Positions 9,733-19,062 of a stretch of DNA of 64,000 bases are shown here, one piece after another. The translations under genes were made by a program, and so were the position numbers. Numbering within the stretch: the stretch's first letter is position 1; each line of letters opens with the position of its first letter. Source of the stretch: an uncultured Candidatus Binatia bacterium. GTDB lineage: Bacteria > Desulfobacterota > Binatia > UBA9968 > JAJDTQ01. Where the stretch lies: the NCBI GenBank assembly GCA_965242525.1, contig OZ251459.1:928001-992000 (forward strand). Reading direction: 5' to 3'. A model generated the notes under the pieces. The model did no database searches and was not told the origin of the DNA. It worked only from the letters and a program-made list of their open reading frames with translations.

Positions 9733-10299
9733 ATGTGGACGCTGCCGAACCTGCTGAGCCTCTTCCGCATCCTGCTGGTGCCGTTCCTGGCCTACCTGCT
9801 CGCGTTCACCGACCCAGTGTCGTGCGCGCTGGCCGCCCTGGTGTTCGTCGCCGCGTCCGTCACGGACATGCTGGACGGCTACCTCGCCCGCCGGAACGAG
9901 AGCGTGTCCGACTTCGGGAAACTGCTGGATCCCCTGGCCGACAAGCTGCTGGTGGTCACCGCGCTCATCATGCTGGTGGCCGTGGACCGGCCCGGGGACC
10001 TGGACGTGCCCGCGTGGCTGGTGGTGGTCATCGTCGCCCGGGAGGTGGCCGTGACGGTGCTGCGCGGCATCGCCCTGGGCGAGGGCGTGGTCATCCCCGC
10101 GGACGAGCTCGGCAAGTACAAGCTGCTGGCGCAGACCTTCGCTCTGGTGGGGCTGATGCTCCACTACCCGTACCTGGGCATCGACTTCTTCGTCGTGGGC
10201 ATGTACTTCCTCGTGCTCTCCACCGTCCTGGCCGTCTGGTCCGGAGTCCAGTACCACGTCCGTTTCCTGCGCCGGCTGCGCGCGGGGTCCCGGACATAG
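9733..10299 (+). CDS. pgsA: CDP-diacylglycerol--glycerol-3-phosphate 3-phosphatidyltransferase
   Basis: TLPNLLSLFRI and the CDP-alcohol phosphotransferase motif TDMLDGYLAR...FGKLLDPLADK. Confidence 0.93.
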   Translation: MWTLPNLLSLFRILLVPFLAYLLAFTDPVSCALAALVFVAASVTDMLDGYLARRNESVSDFGKLLDPLADKLLVVTALIMLVAVDRPGDLDVPAWLVVVIVAREVAVTVLRGIALGEGVVIPADELGKYKLLAQTFALVGLMLHYPYLGIDFFVVGMYFLVLSTVLAVWSGVQYHVRFLRRLRAGSRT

Positions 10300-10485
10300 C
10301 CGCCGGCCTCCGGCCGCATGTTCGAACCTTCCGCACAACGACGGCTTGTGGTATCTTTCGACGATGGGCGGACGCGCAAGGATTACGGTCCGTTGCTTCC
10401 ACCTGCGCTGCATGAGGGCGGTCCGAACCCGTCCGTCAACCGGGCCCGGCCAGGCGCACGGAGACGGAGCCACGGGGACAGGATA

Positions 10486-12561
10486 GTGGGCGTGTCGCAA
10501 ACGTCGGTCTTTTTCCGGTCCGGACGCTTCCCCCTGTTGTTGCTGCTGCTCGCGCTGTCCACGTTGTTCCTGTGCAACGTGGACAAGGGATACCTCTACC
10601 GTCCCGGCGTCCATGACTTCCACACCATAATGAATCTGGCGGTAGCCGAGAACCTGTCGCCCGACCACCATTTCCGGTTGTTCCGCTGGCTGCGCCCGGG
10701 ACCGGACGGCGCCCCTGCATACGAGATGTACAGCCGCTTTCCCGTGGGCGGTTACGCACTCATCAAGCTCGCCATCCTCCCCTTCGGAAACGACTTGTCC
10801 GCCAGGATACTGGCTGCCCGAATGCTCATGTTGCTCCTGTTCAGCGCCGCAGCAGTCCTGGCCTTCCACTCCCTCGTCCGCATCACCTCCCGGGGCTGGG
10901 TCGCCCTGGCCGCCACCCTCGCGGCGTTCTCCTCCTACTACATGCTGTTCCACGGCGACTCGGTTTCCGTGGAGGTCAGCGTGGACCTGTTCGCGGTCCT
11001 GCTGGCCTTCCACGGCATGGTGGTGTTCGTGCAGGAGGGACGGTTCCGGCAGTTGCTGGCCAAGACCTTGGTTGCGCTGCTGCTGGGATGGCACGTGTAC
11101 GCCTTCCTGCTGCCGTTCATCCTCCTGGGTCTGGGGAGCGAGGCAGTCCGTGCCTGGAAGGACGGGACCGCGTTGTGGCCTCGTGTGCGCTCGGTGGGGG
11201 CGGCGGTGCTGCGTAGCCGCTACACGGCCCTTGGCCTGGCCGCGCTGCTGTTCGGCTCGGCGGTCCTGGGCTTCAACTTCGCCAACGAGTACGCCGCGTT
11301 CGGGGGAGAAACCGCGGTGACCGAACTGCCGTCGTTCGAGTCCATGCTCAGGCGCACCGGACTGGGCCAGGACTCTGCCTCCGTCGGATGGTGGCTGCAC
11401 TTCCTGCGAGGGCAGTTCTATCCTGTCCGCGTGGCGTCGGTTCCCCTGGTGCTGGCCGACTGGGGCGCCGGTTTGCGGGGGTGGTTCCCCTCGGTTCCCT
11501 ATTCGGGGTCCGGCTTTTCGGGGCCGGAGTTGTCGCTTTACCTCCTGTTGTTGCTGCTGTCGGTGGCCGCAGCCGCGGTCGTGGTCCGGCTTGCGAGGCG
11601 GCTGTTGCCCCGGCGGCGCCGAATGCCGTTGGCCATCCTTGGCCTGTCGGGGTTCTTCTGGGCCCTGCCCATGCGCCATAACGTCGTATATTTCGGCCAC
11701 GACCACGAGGCGGTGTACTACGTGGGCGTGCCGCTGGTGTTGTACTCACTGCTCCTTTTGTACGTCCACAAGCGCTGGGGGCATGGTCCGGTGGTCGGCT
11801 TCGCAGTTGCGGCGCTGCTCGCCTTCGTGGTCTCCGCCTTCCAGGTGTACCAGCGCTGGATCCCTGACGCCCGGGCGGCGGAGGTCCAGCGCACCGCCAT
11901 GTCCGAACTCGGGGCCATCCGCGAAACCACCCGGGGAAAGGTGGTCCTGGTCCTCGAATCCGTCGAACCGGGATGGCTTACGCAGGTCTCACGGCTGCAC
12001 TACGCATGGAATTACTACCTCGCCGGAAGCATCCCGATATACGCTCGCGACGTGGAAGCGGGCGCCCGCGCCGCGGACTTCATCGTCACCCCTGACCGCG
12101 TGGAGAGCGGCGCCCTGCTCACCCCCGGGAACGAACGGGTGTTCCTGTATGGTCTCGCAGGTATCGACGATCTGGTGGAGTCGTACCGGGCCGCTTACCG
12201 GCAGGTGGTGTCCTCCGGAGACCCTGCTGCGCACTCGCACTTCGACGTCTATCTCGGTGACGGCGTGCTGACCTTCGTCAGGGGACCTTGCGTCGGGGAG
12301 GATGTGAGATACTGGATCTTCCTGAGGGCGGTCCCGGAAGACCTGAAGGACCTGCCCGGGTGGCGCCGCCTGCAAGCCGGCTCCGACCACCTCGCCTTCC
12401 ACTCCACCGCGTTGCCCATGCTGTTCGAGGAGAAGTGTATGGCTGTCCTTCCACTCCCCGATTACCCCGTCTCCCGCATCAGGGCGAGACAGAAGCTGCC
12501 CCCATCCCGTGACGGTTCCCATCGACAGGGCTGGAACGTGGAGATACCGGCGGGCGGGTAG
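10486..12561 (+). CDS. GT-C-like multi-TM membrane protein, array copy 1
   Basis: About 11 hydrophobic segments; YSRFP.GGY, AARMLML, LAAFSSYY, GD.V..E, HDHE..YY.GVP motifs; soluble C-terminal region with two Cys. Start uncertain (GTG 10486 or 10492; the frame is open from 10318). Confidence 0.7.
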   Translation: MGVSQTSVFFRSGRFPLLLLLLALSTLFLCNVDKGYLYRPGVHDFHTIMNLAVAENLSPDHHFRLFRWLRPGPDGAPAYEMYSRFPVGGYALIKLAILPFGNDLSARILAARMLMLLLFSAAAVLAFHSLVRITSRGWVALAATLAAFSSYYMLFHGDSVSVEVSVDLFAVLLAFHGMVVFVQEGRFRQLLAKTLVALLLGWHVYAFLLPFILLGLGSEAVRAWKDGTALWPRVRSVGAAVLRSRYTALGLAALLFGSAVLGFNFANEYAAFGGETAVTELPSFESMLRRTGLGQDSASVGWWLHFLRGQFYPVRVASVPLVLADWGAGLRGWFPSVPYSGSGFSGPELSLYLLLLLLSVAAAAVVVRLARRLLPRRRRMPLAILGLSGFFWALPMRHNVVYFGHDHEAVYYVGVPLVLYSLLLLYVHKRWGHGPVVGFAVAALLAFVVSAFQVYQRWIPDARAAEVQRTAMSELGAIRETTRGKVVLVLESVEPGWLTQVSRLHYAWNYYLAGSIPIYARDVEAGARAADFIVTPDRVESGALLTPGNERVFLYGLAGIDDLVESYRAAYRQVVSSGDPAAHSHFDVYLGDGVLTFVRGPCVGEDVRYWIFLRAVPEDLKDLPGWRRLQAGSDHLAFHSTALPMLFEEKCMAVLPLPDYPVSRIRARQKLPPSRDGSHRQGWNVEIPAGG

Positions 12562-12584
12562 TCCCTGCCGGCTAGAACCATCTC

Positions 12585-14747
12585 ATGGAGGGTACAGGAA
12601 AGTTATCCATGAAACGTCCATCTTCGAAAGGGGGAGACGGACCACCCGAGCACCCTTCCCGGAATTTCCGATCCGGACGCTTCCCCCTGTTGCTGCTGCT
12701 GCTCGCGCTGTCCACGTTGTTCCTGTGCAACCTGGACAAGGGATACTTGTACCGTCCCGGCGAGCATAACTTGAATACCGTAATCAACCTGACGATCGCC
12801 GAGAGCCTGTCGCCCGACCACCATTTCCGGTTGTTCCAGGGGTGGTACATGGAACCGGACGGCGCCCCCACGTACCATATGTACAGCCGCTTTCCCATGG
12901 GCGTATACGTACTCATCAAGCTCGCCATCCTCCCCTTCGGAAACGACCTGTCCGCCAAGATCCTGGCCGCCCGGATGCTCATGTTGCTCCTGTTCAGCGC
13001 CGCTGCGCTCCTGGCCTTCCACTCCCTCGCCCGCATCACTTCCCGGGGCTGGGTCGCCCTGGCCGCCACCCTCGCGGCGTTCTCCTCCTACTACATGCTG
13101 TTCTACGGCGACGCGGTTTACAACGAGGTCAGCGTGGACCTGTTCGCGGTCCTGCTGGCCTTCCACGGCATGGTGGTGTTCGTGCAGGAGGGACGGTTCC
13201 GGCAGTTGCTGGCCAAGACCTTGGTTGCGCTGCTGCTGGGGTGGCACGTGTACGCCTTCCTGCTGCCGTTCATCCTCCTGGGTCTGGGGAGCGAGGGGGT
13301 CCGTGCCTGGAAGGACGGAACTACGTTGTGGCCGCGTGTGCGTTCTGCCGGGGCAGCGGTGCTGCGCAGCCGCTATACGGCCCTTGGCCTGGCCGCGCTG
13401 CTGTTTGGCGCTGCGGTCCTGAGCTTCAACTTCGCCAACGAGTACACCGCGTTCGAGGGGCAGAAGCCAGTGACCGAACTGCCGTCGTTCCGGTCCATGC
13501 TCAGGCGCACCGGACTGGACCGGGACTCCGCCTCCGTCGGATGGTGGCTGCACTTCCTGCGAGGGCAGTTCTATCGTGTCCGCGTGGCCTCGGTTCCCCT
13601 GGCGTTGACCGACTGGGGCGCCGGTTTGCGGGGGCGGTTCCCCTCGGTTCCCTTTTCGGAGTCTGGCTTTTCGGGGCCGGAATTGTCGCTTTACCTCCTG
13701 TTGTTGCTGCTGGCGGTGGCCGCAGCCGCGGTCGTGGTCCGGCTTGCGGGGCCGCTGTTGGCCCGACGACACCACATGCTGTTGGCCGCCCTTGGCCTGT
13801 CGGGGTTCTTCTGGGCCCTGCCCATGCGTCATAACGTCGCGCCTCTCATCCACGACCACGAGGCGGTGTACTACGTGGGCGTGCCGCTGGTGTTGTACTC
13901 ACTGCTGCTGTTGTACGTCCACAAGCGCTGGGGGCATGGTCCGGTGGTCGGCTTCGCAGTTGCGGCGCTGCTCGCCTTCGTGGTCTCCGCCTTCCAGATG
14001 TACCAGCGATGGATACCTGACGCCCGGGCGGCGGAGATCCAGCGAACCGCCATGTCCGAACTCGGGGCCATCCGCGAAACCACCCGGGGGAAGGTGGTCC
14101 TGGTGATCGAGTCCGTCGAGCCGGGATGGTCCGCGCAGGTCACACGGCCGCGCCACGCATGGAGATACTACCTCGCCGGAAGCATCCTGATATACGCCCG
14201 CGACGTGGAGGCGGGCGCCCGCGCCGCGGACTTCATCGTTACCCGCGACCGGGTGGAGAGCGGCGCCCTGCTCACCCCCGGGAACGAACGGGTGTTCCTG
14301 TACGGTCCCGCAGGTATCGACGACCTGGTGGAGTCGTACCGGGCGGCTTACCGGCAGGTGGTGTCCTCCGGGGATCCTGCGGCGCGTTCCCACTTCGACG
14401 TCTATCTCGGCGACGAAGCGCTGACCTTCGTCAGGGAGCCTTGCGTCCGGGAGGATGTGAGATACGGGATGGTCATGAGCGCGGTTCCGGAAGACCTGAA
14501 GGACCTGCCCGGATGGCACCGCCTGCGATACGCCTCCGACCACCTCATCTTCAAGTCCACCGCGTTGCCCATGCTGTTCGATGGGAAGTGCATCGCCGTC
14601 CTTCCACTCCCCGATTACCCCGTCTCCCGCATCAGGGTAAAACAGGCGCTACACCGATCCCGTGACAGTTCCTATCGACGCGGCTGGAACGGCTGGAACG
14701 TGGAGATACGGGCGAGCCGGTGGCCGGGGCCATCCCATGGAGGGTAA
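12585..14747 (+). CDS. GT-C-like membrane protein, array copy 2
   Basis: Intact 720 aa paralog; alternative start 8 codons later (MKRPSS). Confidence 0.75.
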   Translation: MEGTGKLSMKRPSSKGGDGPPEHPSRNFRSGRFPLLLLLLALSTLFLCNLDKGYLYRPGEHNLNTVINLTIAESLSPDHHFRLFQGWYMEPDGAPTYHMYSRFPMGVYVLIKLAILPFGNDLSAKILAARMLMLLLFSAAALLAFHSLARITSRGWVALAATLAAFSSYYMLFYGDAVYNEVSVDLFAVLLAFHGMVVFVQEGRFRQLLAKTLVALLLGWHVYAFLLPFILLGLGSEGVRAWKDGTTLWPRVRSAGAAVLRSRYTALGLAALLFGAAVLSFNFANEYTAFEGQKPVTELPSFRSMLRRTGLDRDSASVGWWLHFLRGQFYRVRVASVPLALTDWGAGLRGRFPSVPFSESGFSGPELSLYLLLLLLAVAAAAVVVRLAGPLLARRHHMLLAALGLSGFFWALPMRHNVAPLIHDHEAVYYVGVPLVLYSLLLLYVHKRWGHGPVVGFAVAALLAFVVSAFQMYQRWIPDARAAEIQRTAMSELGAIRETTRGKVVLVIESVEPGWSAQVTRPRHAWRYYLAGSILIYARDVEAGARAADFIVTRDRVESGALLTPGNERVFLYGPAGIDDLVESYRAAYRQVVSSGDPAARSHFDVYLGDEALTFVREPCVREDVRYGMVMSAVPEDLKDLPGWHRLRYASDHLIFKSTALPMLFDGKCIAVLPLPDYPVSRIRVKQALHRSRDSSYRRGWNGWNVEIRASRWPGPSHGG

Positions 14748-16890
14748 AGGAAAGCTGTCCATGAAACGTCCATCCTCGAAAGGGGAGGACGGACCACCCG
14801 TGTACCCCTCCCGGAATCTCCGGTCCGGACGCTTCCCCCTGCTGTTGCTGCTGCTTGCGCTGTCCACGTTGTTCCTGTGCAACGTGGACAAGGGATACCT
14901 CTACCGTCCCAACCTCCATGACTTCAACACCATAAGGAACCTGGCGATGGCCGAGAACCTGTCGCCAGACCACCATTTCCGGTTGTTTCTCCAGCGGTTC
15001 ACGAGACCGGGCGGCGCCCCCACATACGAGATGTACAGCCGCTTTCCCGTGGGCGGATACGCACTCATCAAGCTCGCCATCCTCCCCTTCGGAAACGACC
15101 TGTCCGCCAGGATCCTCGCCGCCCGAATGCTCATGTTGCTGTTGTTCAGCGCCGCTGCGCTCCTGGCCTTCCACTCCCTCGTCCGCATCACCTCCCGGGG
15201 CTGGGTCGCCCTGGCCGCCACCCTTGCGGCGTTCTCCTCCTACTACATGCTGTTCTACGGCGACGTGGTTTCCGTGGAGGGCAGCGTGGACCTGTTCGCG
15301 GTCCTGCTGGCCTTCCACGGCATGGTGGTGTTCGTGCAGGAGGGACGGTTCCGGCAGTTGCTGGCCAGGACCTTCGTTGCGCTGCTGCTGGGATGGCACG
15401 TGTACGCCTTCCTGCTGCCGTTCCTCCTCCTGGGCCTGGGGAGCGAGGCAGTCCGGGCGTGGAAGGACGGAACCGCGGCGTGGTCCCGTGTGCGCTTCAC
15501 CGGGGCGGCGGTGCTGCGCAGCCGCTACACGGCCCTTGGCTTGGCCGCACTGCTGTTCGGCGCTGCGGTCCTGGGCTTCAACTTCGCCAACGAGTACACC
15601 GCGTTCGAGGGGCAGAAGCCGGTGACCGAACTGCCGTTGTTCGACTCCATCCTCATGCACACCGGACTGGACCGGGACTCCGTCTCCGCCGGATGGTGGC
15701 TGCAGTTCCTGCGAAAGCAGTTCTCTCGTGTCCGCATGGCGTCGGTTCCCCTGGTGCTGGCCGACTGGGGCGCCGGTTTGCGGGGATGGTTCCCCTCGGT
15801 TCCCTATTCGGGGTCCGGGTTTTCGGGGCCGGAGTTGTCGCTTTACCTCCTGTTGTTGCTGCTGGCGGTGGCCGCAGCCGCGGTGGTGGTCCGGCTTGCG
15901 AGGCGGTTGTTGCCCCGACGGCGCCAAATGCCGTTGGCCGTCCTTGGCCTGTCAGGGTTCTTCTGGGCCCTGCCCATGCGCCATACCGTCGTACACCTAT
16001 CCCACGACCATGAGGCGGTGTACTACGTGGGTGTTCCGCTGGTGTTGTACTCACTGCTCCTGTTGTACGTCCACAAGCGCTGGGGGCATGGTCCGGTGGT
16101 CGGCTTCGCAGTTGCGGCGCTGCTCGCCTTCGTGGTCTCCGCCTTCCAGATGTACCAGCGATGGATCCCTGACGCCCGGGTGGCCGAGGTCCAGCGCACC
16201 GTCATGTCCGAACTCGGGGCCATCCGCGAAACCACCCGGGGGAAGGTGGTCCTGGTCCTCGATTCCGTCGAGCCGGGATGGCTCACGCAGGTCAGACCGC
16301 CGCCCGCATGGAATTACTACTTCGCGGGAAGCATCCTGACATACGCCCGCGACGTGGAAGCGGGCGCCCGCGCCGCGGACTTCATCGTCACCCCTGACCG
16401 GGTGGAGAGCGGCGCCCTGCTCACCCCCGGGAACGAATGGATGTTCCTGTATGGTCCCGCAAGTATCGACGACTTGGTGGAGTCGTACCGGGCCGTTTAC
16501 CGGCGGGTGGTGTCCTCCGGGGACCCTGTGGCGCGCTCCCACTTCGACGTCTATCTCGGTGACGACGCGCTGACCTTCGTCAGGGAGCCTTGCGTCCGGG
16601 AGGATGTGAACCGCGGGGTCACCCTGAGGGTGGTCCCGGAAGACCTGAAGGACATGCCCATATGGCGCCGCCTGCTGCAATACATCTCCGACCACGTCGT
16701 CTTCCAGTCCACCCAGTTGCCCATGCTGTTCGAGGAGAAGTGTATCGCTGTGTTTCTATTCCCCGATTTCCCCGTCTCCCGCATCATGGCGATACAGAAT
16801 CCGCGCCTATCCCGTGACAGTTCGCATCGACACGGCTGGAAAGTAGAGATACCGGCGAGCCGGTGGCCGGAGCCATCCCATGGGGGGTAA
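14737..16890 (+). CDS. GT-C-like membrane protein, array copy 3
   Basis: Intact paralog; MEGKGK start at 14737 overlaps copy 2 by 11 nt. Confidence 0.75.
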   Translation: MEGKGKLSMKRPSSKGEDGPPVYPSRNLRSGRFPLLLLLLALSTLFLCNVDKGYLYRPNLHDFNTIRNLAMAENLSPDHHFRLFLQRFTRPGGAPTYEMYSRFPVGGYALIKLAILPFGNDLSARILAARMLMLLLFSAAALLAFHSLVRITSRGWVALAATLAAFSSYYMLFYGDVVSVEGSVDLFAVLLAFHGMVVFVQEGRFRQLLARTFVALLLGWHVYAFLLPFLLLGLGSEAVRAWKDGTAAWSRVRFTGAAVLRSRYTALGLAALLFGAAVLGFNFANEYTAFEGQKPVTELPLFDSILMHTGLDRDSVSAGWWLQFLRKQFSRVRMASVPLVLADWGAGLRGWFPSVPYSGSGFSGPELSLYLLLLLLAVAAAAVVVRLARRLLPRRRQMPLAVLGLSGFFWALPMRHTVVHLSHDHEAVYYVGVPLVLYSLLLLYVHKRWGHGPVVGFAVAALLAFVVSAFQMYQRWIPDARVAEVQRTVMSELGAIRETTRGKVVLVLDSVEPGWLTQVRPPPAWNYYFAGSILTYARDVEAGARAADFIVTPDRVESGALLTPGNEWMFLYGPASIDDLVESYRAVYRRVVSSGDPVARSHFDVYLGDDALTFVREPCVREDVNRGVTLRVVPEDLKDMPIWRRLLQYISDHVVFQSTQLPMLFEEKCIAVFLFPDFPVSRIMAIQNPRLSRDSSHRHGWKVEIPASRWPEPSHGG

Positions 16891-19039
16891 AGGAGAGAAG
16901 CTGTCCGTGAAACGTCCATCTTCGAAAGGGGGAGACCGACCACCCGAGTACCCCTCCCGGAATTTCCGCTCCGGACGCTTCCCCCTGCTGTTGCTGCTGC
17001 TCGCGCTGTCCACGTTGTTCCTGTGCAACGTGGACAAGGGATACCTCTACCGTCGCGGCTTCCATGACTTCAACACCCTGATGAACTTGGCGATGGCCGA
17101 GAACCTGTCGGCCGACCACAATTTCCGGTTGTTCCGCTGGCTGCGCCCGGGACCGGACGGCGTCCCCACATACGAGATGTACAGCCGCTTTCCCGTGGGC
17201 GGATACGCACTCATCAAGCTCGCCATCCTCCCCTTCGGAAACGACCTGTCCGCCAGGATCCTCGCCGCCCGAATGCTCATGTTGCTGTTGTTCAGCGCCG
17301 CTGCGCTCCTGGCCTTCCACTCCCTCGCCCGCATCACCTCCCGCCACTGGGTCGCGCTGGCCGCCACCCTCATGGCGTTCTCCTCCTACTACATGCTGTT
17401 CCACGGCGACGCGGTTTGCGTGGAGTACAGTGTGGACCTGTTCGCGGTCCTGCTGGCCTTCCACGGCATGGTGGTGTTCGTGCAGGAGGGACGGTTCCGG
17501 CAGTTGCTGGCCAAGACCTTGGTTGCGCTGCTGCTGGGATGGCACGTGTACGCCTTCCTGCTGCCGTTCATCCTCCTGGGTCTGGGGAGCGAGGCAGTCC
17601 GTGCCTGGAAGGACGGAACCGCGGTGTGGCTGCGCTCCACCGGGGCGGCGGTGCTGCGCAGCCGCTACACGGCCCTTGGCTTGGCCGCGCTGCTGTTCGG
17701 CGCGACCGTCCTGGGCTTCAACTTCGCCAACGAGTACACCGCGTTCGAGGGACAGAAGCCGGTGACCGAACTGCCGTTGTTCGACTCCATCCTCAGGCGC
17801 ACCGGACTGAACCGGGACTCCGCCTCCACCGGATGGTGGCTGCACTTCCTGCGAGGACAGTTCACTCGTGTCCGCGTGGCGTCGGTTCCCCTGGCGCTGA
17901 CACACTGGGGCGCCGGTTTGCGGGGGTGGTTCCCCTCGGTTCCCCTTTCGGGGTCCGGCCTTTCGGGGCCGGAGTTGTCGCTTTACCTCCTGTCGTTGCT
18001 GCTGGCGGTGGCCGCAGCCGCGGTCGTGGTCCGGCTTGCGAGGCGGTTGTTACCCCGACGGCGCCGAATGCCGTTCGCCGTCCTTGGCCTGTCGGGGTTT
18101 TTCTGGGCCCTGCCCATGCGCCATAACGTCGTAGACCTCGGCCACGACCATGAGGCCCTGTACTACGTGGGCGTCCCGCTGGTGTTGTACTCACTGCTGC
18201 TGCTGTACGTCCACCAGCGCTGGGGGCAGGCTCCGGTGGTCGGCCTCGCAGTTGCGGCGCTGCTCGCCTTCGTGGTCTCTGCCTTCCAGATGTACCAACG
18301 CTGGATCCCTGACGCCCGGGCGGCGGAGGTCCAGCGCACCGCCATGTCCGAACTCGGGGCCATCCGCGAAACCACCCGGGGAAAGGTGGTCCTGGTCCTC
18401 GATTCCGTCGAGCCGGGATGGCTCACGCAGGTCACGCGGCCGCGCCACGCATGGAGTTACTACCTCGCTGGAAGCATCCCGATATATCCCCGCGACGTGG
18501 AAGCGGGCGCCCGCGCCGCGGACTTCATCGTCACCCCTGACCGTGTGGAGAGCGGCGCCCTGCTCACCCCCGGGAACGAACGGGTGTTCCTGTATGGTCC
18601 CGCAGGTATCGACGACCTGGTGGAGTCGTACCGGGCCGCTTACCGGCAGGTGGTGTCCTCCGGGGACCCTGTGGCGCGCTCCCACTTCGACGTCTATCTC
18701 GGTGACGAAGCGCTGACCTTCGTCAGGGAGCCTTGCGTCCGGGAGGATGTGAGAAACGAGATCCTCTTGAGGGCGGTCCCGGAAGACCTGAAAGACCTGC
18801 CCGGATGGCGCCGCCTGCAATTCGGCTCCGACCACCTCGTCTTCGAATCCATCAGGTTTCCCAAGCTGTTCGAGGAGAAGTGCATGGCTGTCCTTCCACT
18901 CCCCGATTACCCCGTCTCCCGCATCAGGGCGGCACAGAAGCGACACCCATCCCGCATCGAGGTGGGACAGGCGCTACACCGGTCCCGTGACAAGTTATAT
19001 CGACAGGGCTGGAACGTGGAGATACCGGCGGGCGGGTAG
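16880..19039 (+). CDS. GT-C-like membrane protein, array copy 4
   Basis: Intact 719 aa paralog. Confidence 0.75.
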   Translation: MGGKGEKLSVKRPSSKGGDRPPEYPSRNFRSGRFPLLLLLLALSTLFLCNVDKGYLYRRGFHDFNTLMNLAMAENLSADHNFRLFRWLRPGPDGVPTYEMYSRFPVGGYALIKLAILPFGNDLSARILAARMLMLLLFSAAALLAFHSLARITSRHWVALAATLMAFSSYYMLFHGDAVCVEYSVDLFAVLLAFHGMVVFVQEGRFRQLLAKTLVALLLGWHVYAFLLPFILLGLGSEAVRAWKDGTAVWLRSTGAAVLRSRYTALGLAALLFGATVLGFNFANEYTAFEGQKPVTELPLFDSILRRTGLNRDSASTGWWLHFLRGQFTRVRVASVPLALTHWGAGLRGWFPSVPLSGSGLSGPELSLYLLSLLLAVAAAAVVVRLARRLLPRRRRMPFAVLGLSGFFWALPMRHNVVDLGHDHEALYYVGVPLVLYSLLLLYVHQRWGQAPVVGLAVAALLAFVVSAFQMYQRWIPDARAAEVQRTAMSELGAIRETTRGKVVLVLDSVEPGWLTQVTRPRHAWSYYLAGSIPIYPRDVEAGARAADFIVTPDRVESGALLTPGNERVFLYGPAGIDDLVESYRAAYRQVVSSGDPVARSHFDVYLGDEALTFVREPCVREDVRNEILLRAVPEDLKDLPGWRRLQFGSDHLVFESIRFPKLFEEKCMAVLPLPDYPVSRIRAAQKRHPSRIEVGQALHRSRDKLYRQGWNVEIPAGG

Positions 19040-19062
19040 TCCCTGCCGGCCGGGGCCATCCC

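Noticed and set aside
10318-10485. 56-aa N-terminal extension of copy 1 from ATG 10318
   Set aside because: No clear RBS, low-complexity translation and no counterpart in other copies. GTG at 10486 or 10492 after GGGGACAGGA is more plausible, though unproven.
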